DNA from: Verrucomicrobiota bacterium
GTDB lineage: Bacteria; Verrucomicrobiota; Verrucomicrobiia; Chthoniobacterales; UBA6821
Direction: 5' to 3'
Assembly: GCA_008932965.1 (NCBI GenBank)
Contig: WBXG01000006.1
Span: 8,144 to 40,143, forward strand
Length of the DNA stretch: 32,000 nucleotides
This document shows, one piece after another, positions 15,961 to 24,663 of the stretch (position 1 is its first letter; each line of letters begins with the position of its first letter). Under the pieces are notes generated by a model. That model saw only the letters and a list, made by a program, of their open reading frames with translations, was not told where the DNA came from and did not search any database. The position numbers and the translations under genes are program-made.

Positions 15961-18900
15961 GTGAGTACTTCTCCACAACCTCTCTTTTTTGATTGGAAGA
16001 ACCCCTGGCTACCGCCTCTTGCTACCTATTTGCTGCATACGTGGAATCAAGGAACAAGCGCTTCTCAAGAGGATCTTTCTTCAACTGTAGTTGTTCTTCC
16101 TGGTCGTCGTGCGGGAAGGAGGCTTTTAGAGTTATTGGCATTGGAAGCAGAGAAAGAGAAATGGAATTTGAATCCTCCTTCTATTGTGACACTACGCGAG
16201 GCGGTAACCCTACTGTTGAAACCAAGTGAAAAAACTCTTCCCGAAGCGAGTGGCGTATTGCAGCGATTTGCCTGGCGTGAGGCTTTTCGAATGCTTCCGA
16301 AGTATCATCGAGATCATATTCAACCTTTTTCTAAGAAGGTCATTCCTCCAAGAAGTAGTGAGGTGTTGATTGGAATCATAGAATCACTTGCAGAAGAGAT
16401 CGGAAGTAAGGGGCTTGATTTTCATACTGTGGCAGTTCGAGTGGGAGAGGTTTTTCCAGAATCTGCAGAACGAGAGCAACCTCGCTGGGAAGCACTTGCT
16501 TATCTTCAAAAAACCTACCGCAAGATGATGGCTTCATGGGGATATTCTGATCCTGCCGACTTTCTACGTTCTTCTCTCACCCATGGAGAAGTGTCCAAGG
16601 GTGTTCGAGTACTCGTAGCAGGAGTAGTGGAGGCTCCTCCACTTTTTGAATCTTTTTTTGAAAAAATAAAGCCCGCAGTGATTATTATTGCACCTAAGGA
16701 ACATGCGGCAGGCTTTACCAATCATGGATTACTTGTGAAAGAATATTGGTTAGAGCATCCACCAGTGATTCAAGATACAGAGCTCCTTCCATGCGAACGA
16801 AATGAAGATCAAGCAAAGGAGGTGGTTCGATTAATAACCCCTTTTAAGGATAGGAGATCCGAGGTAACTGTTGCTCTCCCAGATTCCTCAACACTCCCCT
16901 TACTACAAACTCGGTTGGCACATGTAGGAGTTACAACTCGATGGGCAGGGGGGCTTCCTTTTCGTGGAGGACGTTTGTATCAACTCTTAAGAGCCATTGC
17001 TCATTTTTTAGATCATCACAACTATTCAGGACCAACAATAGCAGCTCTCAGTGCTCTTGTGCGCCATCCTGATATTTATCCCCATTGCATGGCACCAGAG
17101 GCATTTTTAAAAAAACTTGATCTTTTAGAACGTGAGCATCTCCCGCTCTTTTTAGATAAGGGAAGTCTTGCTTCTTTCAAAAAAAATGAAGACCTCCTTC
17201 TCTGGATAGATGAACTTGAAACCCTCATTGGAATTGGGTCAGAGCCAGTATCGCTAGAGGAGGGAGCATCGAAATTACGAACTCTTTTGCAACATCTTTT
17301 CGGAAAACGGAAGGTACGGGGGAATACTTTTGAGGGGCATTATTTTTTAGGATGCCTCGAGGAATGCTTACACCTGCTAGATGAAATCGAAGAGATGGGT
17401 CCTCATATTTCTGAGCATTTTTCAATGAGTGCCTTTCTAGAAAATCTTCTGGAACTTCTTAAAGAAAAAAATATCCCAGAACAAGAAGAACCAGAAGCAC
17501 TCGAATTACTTGGATGGCTAGAGTTGCAGGCTGATGATGCTCCCTATTGCATCATCACTTCATGCCACGAAGGATCTTTTCCACAGAGTTTAACATCCAA
17601 TCCTTTTTTGTCTCAGGGGCTTCGCTCACGTTTGGGTCTTAGTGAGGAGAGTTTGTTGCTCGCACGTGATCATTATCTTCTTCAAAGTATTATGGCTTCC
17701 CGCCAGGTTATCTTGATAGCACCTCGCTACAATGGTCGTGGAGAACCTGCTCGTCCTAGCCGTCTTTTAATGCTCGGATTGACTTTAGAGGAGTTGCCGC
17801 AACGGGTCCTCCAATTAACACAACCTCTCTTAGCCCCGATATTTCATACTGATCGTGACGAAGAGACTGCGAAGGCTAATGGAGCGGGAGCGAGCGAGTC
17901 AACGCAGGCACGTATTTTGAAGCAGGGCTGTAGGAGTCTGACGCAGCATCCATCTGCCTTCTCGACCTCCGCAGGTGATCGGTATGAAATATCTGGGCTA
18001 AAAGAAGAAAAAATAAAGGAGCGAGCCCTCCCTCATCATGCTTCTCACTTTCATGCACGACCTCTCGGTACAGAAAAGGTCACCTGTGTGACAGTGACAG
18101 GACTCCGGACCTATTTACAATCACCGCGACTTTTTTATCTCCAGCATGTCCTGCGACTTCATGAAGTGGAGGAGGCTCCCCTAGAAATGAATGCTGGTCA
18201 TTTTGGACGACTCATTCATGAGGTCTTAGGAGCTTTTGGGATGGAAGAAAAAAATATCCCGTCAACCGATGCACGAACTTTATCAGAGTGGCTTCGAAGA
18301 AAACTTTTTTCTATAGCAGAGCACTATTTTGCTCCAGGACCCTCTCTTCCGATTCAATTACAATTGGAGGCCATGGCGGAGACCTTAGATGGCTTTGCAC
18401 AAGCTCAAGTAGCCCATTACCAGGAGGGATGGAGAATCATTGCAGCTGAAAACAACCATTACTCTTCATCCCCAGTGATTGAGGAAAAAATGGCACTCGA
18501 TGAGGGAGGCTCTCTTCTGTTACAGGGTCGCATTGATCGTATCGATTGGAATTACAAGCTGAGTCGCTGGATGATTATCGATTATAAAACACGGCACGAT
18601 CAGGAATGGAGCAATGCCACCCCTGATAGAGAACATTTTCAAAAAAAAGGAGAAAAAATTCTTTGGAAAGATCTTCAGCTTCCACTGTATTTAAGACTCT
18701 CTGCTCACTGGAAGGCGATTCAGGAATCAGGGCTTCCTGCTCCCACTATTGAGAATACCGATCTGTGCTACTTTCAGTTACCCATAGAAACGGAGCAAGC
18801 AGGAGTGAGTGAACCATTTGATCCTAAGATGATCCTGCCTGGATGGAATGAAGCACGTCGTATTATGAAAGCGATCGTAGATGGAAATTTTGATGCACTT

Positions 18901-19017
18901 GGAACAATCGAAGCCATACGTATGCCTACCCTTGCTGCTCTCTGTGGAATTTCAATACTAGAACCTAAAAAAAATGGGGTGATTCGCTCGGGGAGTGATT
19001 CAGAAACTATTGAGTGA
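15961..19017 (+). CDS. AddB-like subunit: PD-(D/E)XK nuclease family protein with degenerate helicase-like N-terminus, carrying an in-frame repeat insertion
   Basis: It has a C-terminal nuclease motif (GRIDRIDWNYKLSRWMIIDYKT). It overlaps the downstream UvrD-family gene by 4 nt (GTGA). Size and order match addB-addA/rexB-rexA pairs. Confidence 0.75.
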   Translation: MSTSPQPLFFDWKNPWLPPLATYLLHTWNQGTSASQEDLSSTVVVLPGRRAGRRLLELLALEAEKEKWNLNPPSIVTLREAVTLLLKPSEKTLPEASGVLQRFAWREAFRMLPKYHRDHIQPFSKKVIPPRSSEVLIGIIESLAEEIGSKGLDFHTVAVRVGEVFPESAEREQPRWEALAYLQKTYRKMMASWGYSDPADFLRSSLTHGEVSKGVRVLVAGVVEAPPLFESFFEKIKPAVIIIAPKEHAAGFTNHGLLVKEYWLEHPPVIQDTELLPCERNEDQAKEVVRLITPFKDRRSEVTVALPDSSTLPLLQTRLAHVGVTTRWAGGLPFRGGRLYQLLRAIAHFLDHHNYSGPTIAALSALVRHPDIYPHCMAPEAFLKKLDLLEREHLPLFLDKGSLASFKKNEDLLLWIDELETLIGIGSEPVSLEEGASKLRTLLQHLFGKRKVRGNTFEGHYFLGCLEECLHLLDEIEEMGPHISEHFSMSAFLENLLELLKEKNIPEQEEPEALELLGWLELQADDAPYCIITSCHEGSFPQSLTSNPFLSQGLRSRLGLSEESLLLARDHYLLQSIMASRQVILIAPRYNGRGEPARPSRLLMLGLTLEELPQRVLQLTQPLLAPIFHTDRDEETAKANGAGASESTQARILKQGCRSLTQHPSAFSTSAGDRYEISGLKEEKIKERALPHHASHFHARPLGTEKVTCVTVTGLRTYLQSPRLFYLQHVLRLHEVEEAPLEMNAGHFGRLIHEVLGAFGMEEKNIPSTDARTLSEWLRRKLFSIAEHYFAPGPSLPIQLQLEAMAETLDGFAQAQVAHYQEGWRIIAAENNHYSSSPVIEEKMALDEGGSLLLQGRIDRIDWNYKLSRWMIIDYKTRHDQEWSNATPDREHFQKKGEKILWKDLQLPLYLRLSAHWKAIQESGLPAPTIENTDLCYFQLPIETEQAGVSEPFDPKMILPGWNEARRIMKAIVDGNFDALGTIEAIRMPTLAALCGISILEPKKNGVIRSGSDSETIE
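17830..18001 (+). mobile_element. Intermediate-form palindromic MITE-like element inserted in frame (171 nt = 57 codons) in the addB-like gene
   Basis: The element runs TTAGCCCCGATATTTCATACTGATCGTGACGAAGAG...GGTGATCGGTATGAAATATCTGGGCTAA. It is translated as LAPIFHTDRDEETAKANGAGASESTQARILKQGCRSLTQHPSAFSTSAGDRYEISGL. Confidence 0.9.
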
Positions 19018-22000
19018 TTATGCCTCTTTTTATTCAACGAGCTTCAGCGGGATCAGGTAAAACAGAGCAACTTGCACGCCGTTATTTGCAGATTCTTTTG
19101 AATAAAGATCTCATGGGCTATGAGGTCGATCCAGTTACAATTGTAGCAGCAACGTTTACCCGGGAGGCTGCAGGAGAAATTTTAAATCGTATTTTGAAAA
19201 TACTTTCGACCGCATGTCTGGATAGATCGGTCTGCCAAAGGATTGTCGAAGAGACACCCCTCCCCGTCCCATCACCAATCGAATGCCAACGATTACTCCG
19301 ACGACTCATGGAGCGCATCGATGAGCTTCGTATTGGAACCATCGATTCCCTTTTCGCTCAGCAAGCACGTGCTTTTGTATTGGATCTTGGAATAGCCCCT
19401 CATTGGGAAATTGCAGATAGTCTGACGGTCCATAAACTGGCCCAAAGAACCTTGCTTCATCTCTTGAAGTTAGATCCGCTCTTTGCACAAGATTGGAAGA
19501 TTCTCCACCACTTTCAACGATCCCTTTCCTTGGTGAAAAAAGGGGCTCTTCTTCTTGAAAAAAATCGTTTTGTCGCACGTCATGAGCTACTCGAAACAAC
19601 TCCAGAAAAAAAATCTCCTCCACGAAGGGTTTCAAGAGAAGACCAAACATCGATTCATCACTTTTTTTCCTCATTTCATATTCCTCTTACTGGTCAGGGA
19701 AAACCGAATGGGCATTGGATTGCTGCTATAAAAAAAATAGAAGAGGCTTTTTCTCAACCGCTCTATCTCAAGGATGTATTAGACCATAGTCCTCTTTTCT
19801 CTCAACTACTTCATGAGGAACCCCGTTTTTATGGAAAAGAAATACCACCAGAATTCATTTATTTTTTTTCTCCGTTAATAGAAGCTTCACAAGCTGAACA
19901 ACAACGCTTGGCCTTACTTCGAGAAGGAGCATTGCATCGGCTTGCACACGATTATCACTATCTCCGAAGTGACTATTCCTTTGACGAAGGTCGCTACACT
20001 TTTCAAGAAATTGAAGAAATAGTAAGTCTCTCCTCCCAGAAAATATCTAAGGAGGAAATCGAATTTCAGATGGACCTCTCTACGGAGCATCTCTTAATTG
20101 ATGAATATCAGGATACCAGCGAGCGTCAGCATGCCTTTCTCTCTCCTTTGATTGGAGATGTGCTCGCAAAGGGAGGGGTTGCCTTTGTGGTTGGAGATGT
20201 GAAGCAGGGAATTTATGGATGGCGTGGAGGAAAGCGGCATCTTCTAGGTTCTTTAGAAAAAGACTACGAATCCTATCTTCAAAAAACCAAGCTTCACCAC
20301 ACAAGTTATCGTTCTAGCCCTGCCATTCTAGCAGCAGTGAATCACGTTTTTGAGGCACTCAAAAATTCAGATGTTGTTGAAGGAATGAACGCTGGAGAGC
20401 CATTTAAAGAAGCTGCAGCACGCTGGTCGCTTGAATTTGAACCCCAGGTATCAGCTACTTCTGTTGTTGGCTTAAAAGGGAGTGTCACGCTTCACAAAAT
20501 TCCAGTGGCTCCAGGAGAGCTTCAGAATGAGATCATGGAATTGGTTATTCAAAAAGTAGTGGAGCTAGTAGTAGCTCATCGACGAGAAGATCCATTACGT
20601 GAAATTGCAATTCTTGTGAGACGCACGAAATTTATTCCTTCTCTACTTTTGAACTTACGAGAGAGTGGAATATTAGCAAGTGGAGAGGGAGGCAATCCAC
20701 TCGCTGATACGTTGGCTGTTGAGGTGCTCCTCTCCCTACTCTCATGGATGGAGCATCCAGGAAATTCTGCAGCCTATGAACATGTACACTCATCCCCATT
20801 AGGAGATCTGTTAAAAGAACAGGGAGCTTCCCCCTCCACTCAAGGGGCTGCACTACGTGAACTACTAGTGGATCGGGGTTATGCAACATGCCTGCGTGCC
20901 TGGGCCACACGACCGGTTTTTCAAGAGGCATGCAGTGATTATGAAAAGGAACGCCTGGAACAATTCATAGCAATGGCTTCCCGCTTTGAATTGCTTGGTG
21001 GTGGGGCTCCCTCAGATCTTGTGGCACGGGCACGTGAGGAGCGCGTGGAGAGCCCTTTAAGTCGTGGAGTGAGGGTGCTTAGCATGCATGCTGCCAAGGG
21101 GCTCGAGTTTGAAAGTGTTGTTCTCATGGATCTCGACACCTCTATTTTTGGTGGGAGTGCCCATGCAATGCGTGTTCAAACAACAGATGATGGAAAATTC
21201 TTTATTCAGAATAATCGTGAAATGACCTTGCTACAAGGGAGAGAGCATTTATTAAAAATCCATCAAGAGGAGCAATGGGAGGAGGCATTGAGCCTCCTTT
21301 ATGTGGCGATGACACGAGCGATTTGCTTTTTAGATATTGTGCTCATGGACGATGTGAACCGGAAAATTCCAAAAAAAAGCATGGCAGGATGGCTACGTGT
21401 CTCTGGGCTTGAAGACCATCAACATGATGGTCTTTCGTTACGCGAGCAAAGAACAAAAACAGCTCTAGCCCCCATATTTCATACCGATCTACTACGGAAG
21501 CCGGGAAGTCAGATGGATGCTGCGTTGAGCTCGAAGTCTTCCTCGGGCAGTAGGGACTCATACAGCCCTGCGTCAAAATATGTGTCTGCGTTGACTTGCT
21601 CGCTCCCGCTCGTCTCGCCCTTTCAGGGCTGCCCCCTTAAAGCCAGGGCAGTCTCCACCGCGGTCTCCCGACCGCCGGTGGTGCCCCATCAGCTTTCGCA
21701 GCCTCCTCTTCACGATCAGAATAAAATATGCGGGCTAGAAAGTAATAGTGATAAGAAAAAGCCGTGTTCGTTCGAGGTAACCTCACTTCAAAGGTCTCCA
21801 CTATTGCTGAAGCGAACCCCCTCCAAAGAAAATCAAAAAGGGCTTCATGCGTTATCTGACTATTTTTATGATCGGAAAGCCCGTTCCTATGGAATCGTCC
21901 AGCATCGTGCACTAGCTCAGATAGAATGGATTAACAGGACTGCATCTCATCCATTGAACGAAATACTAGAGAAGAAAGAAGATCATGCTGTTTTTGATGA

Positions 22001-22298
22001 GGAGTATTTTTTCTCTAAATGGAAAAAATGGGGAATTACCACATTGGAGGTCTGGAGGGAGCGGCGCTTTGCTGTGATTCAAAAAAACGAACTACTCGTA
22101 GGGACTTTTGATCGAGTTATTATAGGTTCCCTTGAAAAACCCATGGTGGCTGAAATCGTCGATTTTAAAACAGCTCCAGCCCAGGACAAAGAGCGACGTT
22201 GTCATCACTACGAGCTGCAGCTCGAGGAGTATCGAAAGGCTCTTCAACATTTGCTTCCAACATTAAGACACATTGAAACAAAAGTTGTTTGGATTTAA
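19014..22298 (+). CDS. AddA-like UvrD/PcrA-family helicase with C-terminal PD-(D/E)XK nuclease, carrying an in-frame repeat insertion
   Basis: Helicase motifs present are ASAGSGKT, LIDEYQDTS, VGDVKQGIYGWRGG, MHAAKGLEFESVVL and LLYVAMTRA. The C-terminal nuclease motif is GTFDRVIIGS...AEIVDFKT. The start is GTG 19014 or ATG 19020. Confidence 0.85.
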   Translation: MIMPLFIQRASAGSGKTEQLARRYLQILLNKDLMGYEVDPVTIVAATFTREAAGEILNRILKILSTACLDRSVCQRIVEETPLPVPSPIECQRLLRRLMERIDELRIGTIDSLFAQQARAFVLDLGIAPHWEIADSLTVHKLAQRTLLHLLKLDPLFAQDWKILHHFQRSLSLVKKGALLLEKNRFVARHELLETTPEKKSPPRRVSREDQTSIHHFFSSFHIPLTGQGKPNGHWIAAIKKIEEAFSQPLYLKDVLDHSPLFSQLLHEEPRFYGKEIPPEFIYFFSPLIEASQAEQQRLALLREGALHRLAHDYHYLRSDYSFDEGRYTFQEIEEIVSLSSQKISKEEIEFQMDLSTEHLLIDEYQDTSERQHAFLSPLIGDVLAKGGVAFVVGDVKQGIYGWRGGKRHLLGSLEKDYESYLQKTKLHHTSYRSSPAILAAVNHVFEALKNSDVVEGMNAGEPFKEAAARWSLEFEPQVSATSVVGLKGSVTLHKIPVAPGELQNEIMELVIQKVVELVVAHRREDPLREIAILVRRTKFIPSLLLNLRESGILASGEGGNPLADTLAVEVLLSLLSWMEHPGNSAAYEHVHSSPLGDLLKEQGASPSTQGAALRELLVDRGYATCLRAWATRPVFQEACSDYEKERLEQFIAMASRFELLGGGAPSDLVARAREERVESPLSRGVRVLSMHAAKGLEFESVVLMDLDTSIFGGSAHAMRVQTTDDGKFFIQNNREMTLLQGREHLLKIHQEEQWEEALSLLYVAMTRAICFLDIVLMDDVNRKIPKKSMAGWLRVSGLEDHQHDGLSLREQRTKTALAPIFHTDLLRKPGSQMDAALSSKSSSGSRDSYSPASKYVSALTCSLPLVSPFQGCPLKARAVSTAVSRPPVVPHQLSQPPLHDQNKICGLESNSDKKKPCSFEVTSLQRSPLLLKRTPSKENQKGLHALSDYFYDRKARSYGIVQHRALAQIEWINRTASHPLNEILEKKEDHAVFDEEYFFSKWKKWGITTLEVWRERRFAVIQKNELLVGTFDRVIIGSLEKPMVAEIVDFKTAPAQDKERRCHHYELQLEEYRKALQHLLPTLRHIETKVVWI
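21465..21738 (-). mobile_element. Long-form palindromic MITE-like element inserted in frame (273 nt = 91 codons) in the addA-like gene
   Basis: The element runs CTAGCCCCCATATTTCATACCGATCTACTACGGAAGCC...CACGATCAGAATAAAATATGCGGGCTAG and includes the GC-rich module (21589-21683). It is translated as LAPIFHTDLLRKPGSQMDAALSSK...PPLHDQNKICGL. Confidence 0.9.
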
Positions 22299-22474
22299 CC
22301 CGCATATTTCATACCAATCACCTGTGGAGATCGGGTCAGATAGATGATGCGTTCATCTCAAAGTCTTCCTCAGGCAGTGTGTACACGCGCATATGTCGTC
22401 AGACTTCATCGCTCGTCTTGCCCTATCAGCCTCGAGACCTCCTAGTCACGATCAGTATGAAATATCCTGGCTAA
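22295..22474 (-). mobile_element. Palindromic MITE-like element (180 bp) abutting the addA-like stop codon
   Basis: The element runs TTAACCCGCATATTTCATACCAATCACC...GTCACGATCAGTATGAAATATCCTGGCTAA. The addA-like TAA (22296-22298) is within its terminal TTAA. Confidence 0.85.
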
Positions 22475-22481
22475 CCCCAGA

Positions 22482-22727
22482 TTAAATTACATTACCTGGA
22501 TCTAAGCCTACCTTGCCTGCATCAGCTACCTGCGTCTTACTCGAAATCGGCGATGCTGGTAATGATGATGCTATCCCACTTTCATTTATCTTACTTGGAG
22601 ATGTTCCTGAAACTTGATTCGATGATGGTTGCAACCCATTCCCTTGAGCCGAAGAAGGAGTATTAGGGGAGGCTGCAGAAACCTCCATAGCACTTAGAGA
22701 TACACTATTGTTTGGTATGTTATTCAT
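22482..22727 (-). CDS. Small (81 aa) Ser/Pro/Asn-rich hypothetical protein, paralog 1
   Basis: The ORF has a low-complexity, probably disordered composition. It shares NTP..AQ.N and ...KVG..P.N segments, and exactly the same length, with ORF 22895-23140. There is no obvious Shine-Dalgarno sequence. Confidence 0.4.
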   Translation of the reverse strand: MNNIPNNSVSLSAMEVSAASPNTPSSAQGNGLQPSSNQVSGTSPSKINESGIASSLPASPISSKTQVADAGKVGLDPGNVI

Positions 22728-22748
22728 AGGAAATAGTTAGTTTTGAGA

Positions 22749-22880
22749 TTAGCCTAAATATTTTATACTGATCGTGACGAGGCGGCCGTGAAGACTGATG
22801 GGGCAAGACTTCGAGATCAACGCAGTAATGAGGAGCTTTCCACAAGCCGTAATAGATTTAGTGTGAAATATCCGGGTTAG
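22749..22880 (+). mobile_element. Internally deleted (132 bp) variant of the palindromic element
   Basis: The element runs TTAGCCTAAATATTTTATACTGATCGTGACGAGGCGGCCGTGAAGACTGATGGGGCAAGACTTCGAGATCAACGCAG...TTAGTGTGAAATATCCGGGTTAG. The same variant occurs in reverse at 31869-32000. Confidence 0.8.
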
Positions 22881-22894
22881 ATTAAATTGCCCTC

Positions 22895-23140
22895 CTAGAC
22901 GCGACTCGTGGCAACCTGGTTATTGAATGGAGAGCCCACTTTTTGAGCAGCGTTGACTGAGGTGGTATTAGTGGTGGTCTCAGTAGTTGCTGGACTGTTT
23001 TGAGGAAGTCCTCTCGAAGGACTCACCGAGCTTTTAGTGCCCTTTGATATTGCTGAGTTTCTTTGTGCATTAGGGGTATTGACAGCTTGGGGTGGACTTA
23101 TCGAGTATTTACTACTCGATTGGACAGAAGAAATAGCCAT
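22895..23140 (-). CDS. Small (81 aa) Ser/Thr/Pro/Asn-rich hypothetical protein, paralog 2
   Basis: See paralog 1. The two form a tandem arrangement separated by a repeat element. Confidence 0.4.
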   Translation of the reverse strand: MAISSVQSSSKYSISPPQAVNTPNAQRNSAISKGTKSSVSPSRGLPQNSPATTETTTNTTSVNAAQKVGSPFNNQVATSRV

Positions 23141-23219
23141 AAGGATGAGTTGGTTGGTTTTTATTTAACAGGGTTTGCTGACAAGTCACCATAGGAACAT
23201 TTTTTAAAAAAATTGCACT

Positions 23220-23849
23220 CTATTTTTTTTGATAAAATCGAAGTGCTTCTATTGGGGTTCTAAGTTCATAAAATGGATAGATTCCATTTCTCCCCTTCTC
23301 ACCAGGATCAAGGACGAGATAATCGAGTCCTTCTTTACCCACAAGGAGAAGAAAATGAGTTTTTCCTGTTGGCCTGCGTATACGTATGATCACCGGATTC
23401 CCCCATAACAGATTCCAATCGATAAGCCCATAGCTGGGGTAATCTTCATATCGATGGATAGCCTTATTGGGAGGAAATGTTGCTGCTACCTCCCATTTAA
23501 TCCAAGCATCCCCTTCATAGCCGTTGTGTTCTATGAGGTAGTTATTGAGTTTTTTAGGATCGACATCATCTCCATAAAAACGAAGCACCATGGCTGCTGC
23601 ACTCAAGGCACACCCTGCAGAGCCTATCGTATCGTTACTTGTTCCAAGCTGCTCCTGGCTCCAAAGTGGATCTTGTTGGAAAAAGGGGTTCACCGGAATT
23701 TCCATTCTTCCTAGGATAGGAATTCCTCCATGACCACTGATTGAACCCCTCCAGAACCATAGGGTGAGTATGGTGCTAAGAAGCAGTATCGGCAGAAGCG
23801 TATTTTGTTTTCCAAGAATGACCTTTGTAGAGGAATACATTTGATGCAT
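23220..23849 (-). CDS. Membrane-anchored C39-like (papain-fold, Peptidase_C39_2/YvpB-like) cysteine peptidase
   Basis: The pattern is FQQDPLWSQEQLG...IGSAGCALSAAAMVLRFYG (catalytic Cys context), then GNPVIIRIRRPTGKTHFLLLVGKEGLDYLVLDPG (His/Asp context). An N-terminal TM segment is present (LLPILLLSTILTLWFW). The start is taken as ATG 23849 or 23840. The ORF track extends to 23915 and would overlap the divergent gene. Confidence 0.65.
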   Translation of the reverse strand: MHQMYSSTKVILGKQNTLLPILLLSTILTLWFWRGSISGHGGIPILGRMEIPVNPFFQQDPLWSQEQLGTSNDTIGSAGCALSAAAMVLRFYGDDVDPKKLNNYLIEHNGYEGDAWIKWEVAATFPPNKAIHRYEDYPSYGLIDWNLLWGNPVIIRIRRPTGKTHFLLLVGKEGLDYLVLDPGEKGRNGIYPFYELRTPIEALRFYQKK

Positions 23850-23860
23850 GATTCTCTTCC

Positions 23861-24652
23861 ATGAAAATTTGGAGAAAATATGGTCTCGTAACATGCGCAT
23901 TCTTTCTACTCGCAATGGTTCTTGATGGCAAGGAAGAGCAGAACCTCAATGAAGTCGTGTGCCAGGCGGTAGGCTCAATGCCAATGGGAGGTGGTTATGC
24001 CACAACGCCAACTTCCTTTAAAAACCTTCATCAAGCTCTTTCTATTAAAAAAGGATCGCTGGTGGTTCAACCCTCGATTGCAACCCCAAGTTTTTGTTCG
24101 GAGGCAACCTACCTCGTCTTTTTAAAAACCATCCAAAACTTACAGGAGCAAAAAAAACTTTTTCTTCACGAGGAACAACTTACTGCTCTTCTCCCCCATC
24201 ATGAATCGGATGGCCATGGTTTCTGGGGATGTTGGAATGCTAATGGCCCTGGAGTAGCACGCCTTTTTTATTTATGGGGTCTGGGTTCTAATTTCACGAA
24301 TCTCTCGTTTGCACAGCCTGGAGATTTTTTAAAAATCTTTTGGACTGATGCTATTGGATCTTCTGAGCACGGTCATAGTGTGATTTATCTTGGAACGGAA
24401 AAAAAGGGAGGTGTCACCTACCTCAATTGCTGGTCGAGCAATAAACCAGATGGGTATGGAAAACGCTCCTACCCACTTTCAAAGATGCATCATCTTATTT
24501 TCTCACGTCTGCAAAATCCTACATCGATCGAGCGCTCTATAGCACTGACCAAGAAAGACCCTTACCTGGCGTCATTGTTATTCCATCCCACCACTTGGGA
24601 TGAGGTGAAGAGGCTCTGTGGAATTCGGGTTAACCCGGATATTGCATACTAA
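23861..24652 (+). CDS. Secreted hypothetical protein with possible Cys/His (NlpC/P60-like or other papain-fold) hydrolase motifs
   Basis: It has a signal peptide (MKIWRKYGLVTCAFFLLAMVLDG), a candidate nucleophile context PSFCSEATYLVF, and a later AQPGDFLKIF...SEHGHSVIYLG. The last 6-9 codons (...RVNPDIAY*) are encoded by a solo repeat terminus. The family assignment is tentative. Confidence 0.5.
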   Translation: MKIWRKYGLVTCAFFLLAMVLDGKEEQNLNEVVCQAVGSMPMGGGYATTPTSFKNLHQALSIKKGSLVVQPSIATPSFCSEATYLVFLKTIQNLQEQKKLFLHEEQLTALLPHHESDGHGFWGCWNANGPGVARLFYLWGLGSNFTNLSFAQPGDFLKIFWTDAIGSSEHGHSVIYLGTEKKGGVTYLNCWSSNKPDGYGKRSYPLSKMHHLIFSRLQNPTSIERSIALTKKDPYLASLLFHPTTWDEVKRLCGIRVNPDIAY

Positions 24653-24654
24653 CG
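24626..24654 (+). repeat. Solo terminus of the repeat family between convergent genes
   Basis: CGGGTTAACCCGGATATTGCATACTAACG matches the left terminus plus the palindromic GGGTTAACCC junction. No matching right half is seen nearby. Confidence 0.6.
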
Positions 24655-24663
24655 CTACTCTCA

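Noticed and set aside
17830-21738. Inteins or introns as an explanation for the in-frame inserts in addB-like and addA-like
   Set aside because: The inserts are 57 and 91 aa, which is shorter than mini-inteins as I recall them. They lack the Cys/Ser N-terminal and His-Asn plus Cys/Ser/Thr C-terminal splice junction residues. The same DNA occurs intergenically in both orientations with terminal inverted repeats. No group I/II intron features were seen.
22289-22474. 61-aa ORF (MDLTRIFHTNHLWRSGQ...) and similar short ORFs at 5273-5473, 11508-11744, 17876-18058, 21343-21576 and 21637-21912
   Set aside because: All lie entirely within repeat copies and represent the reverse or forward open frames of the element. 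They give no independent support for a gene.
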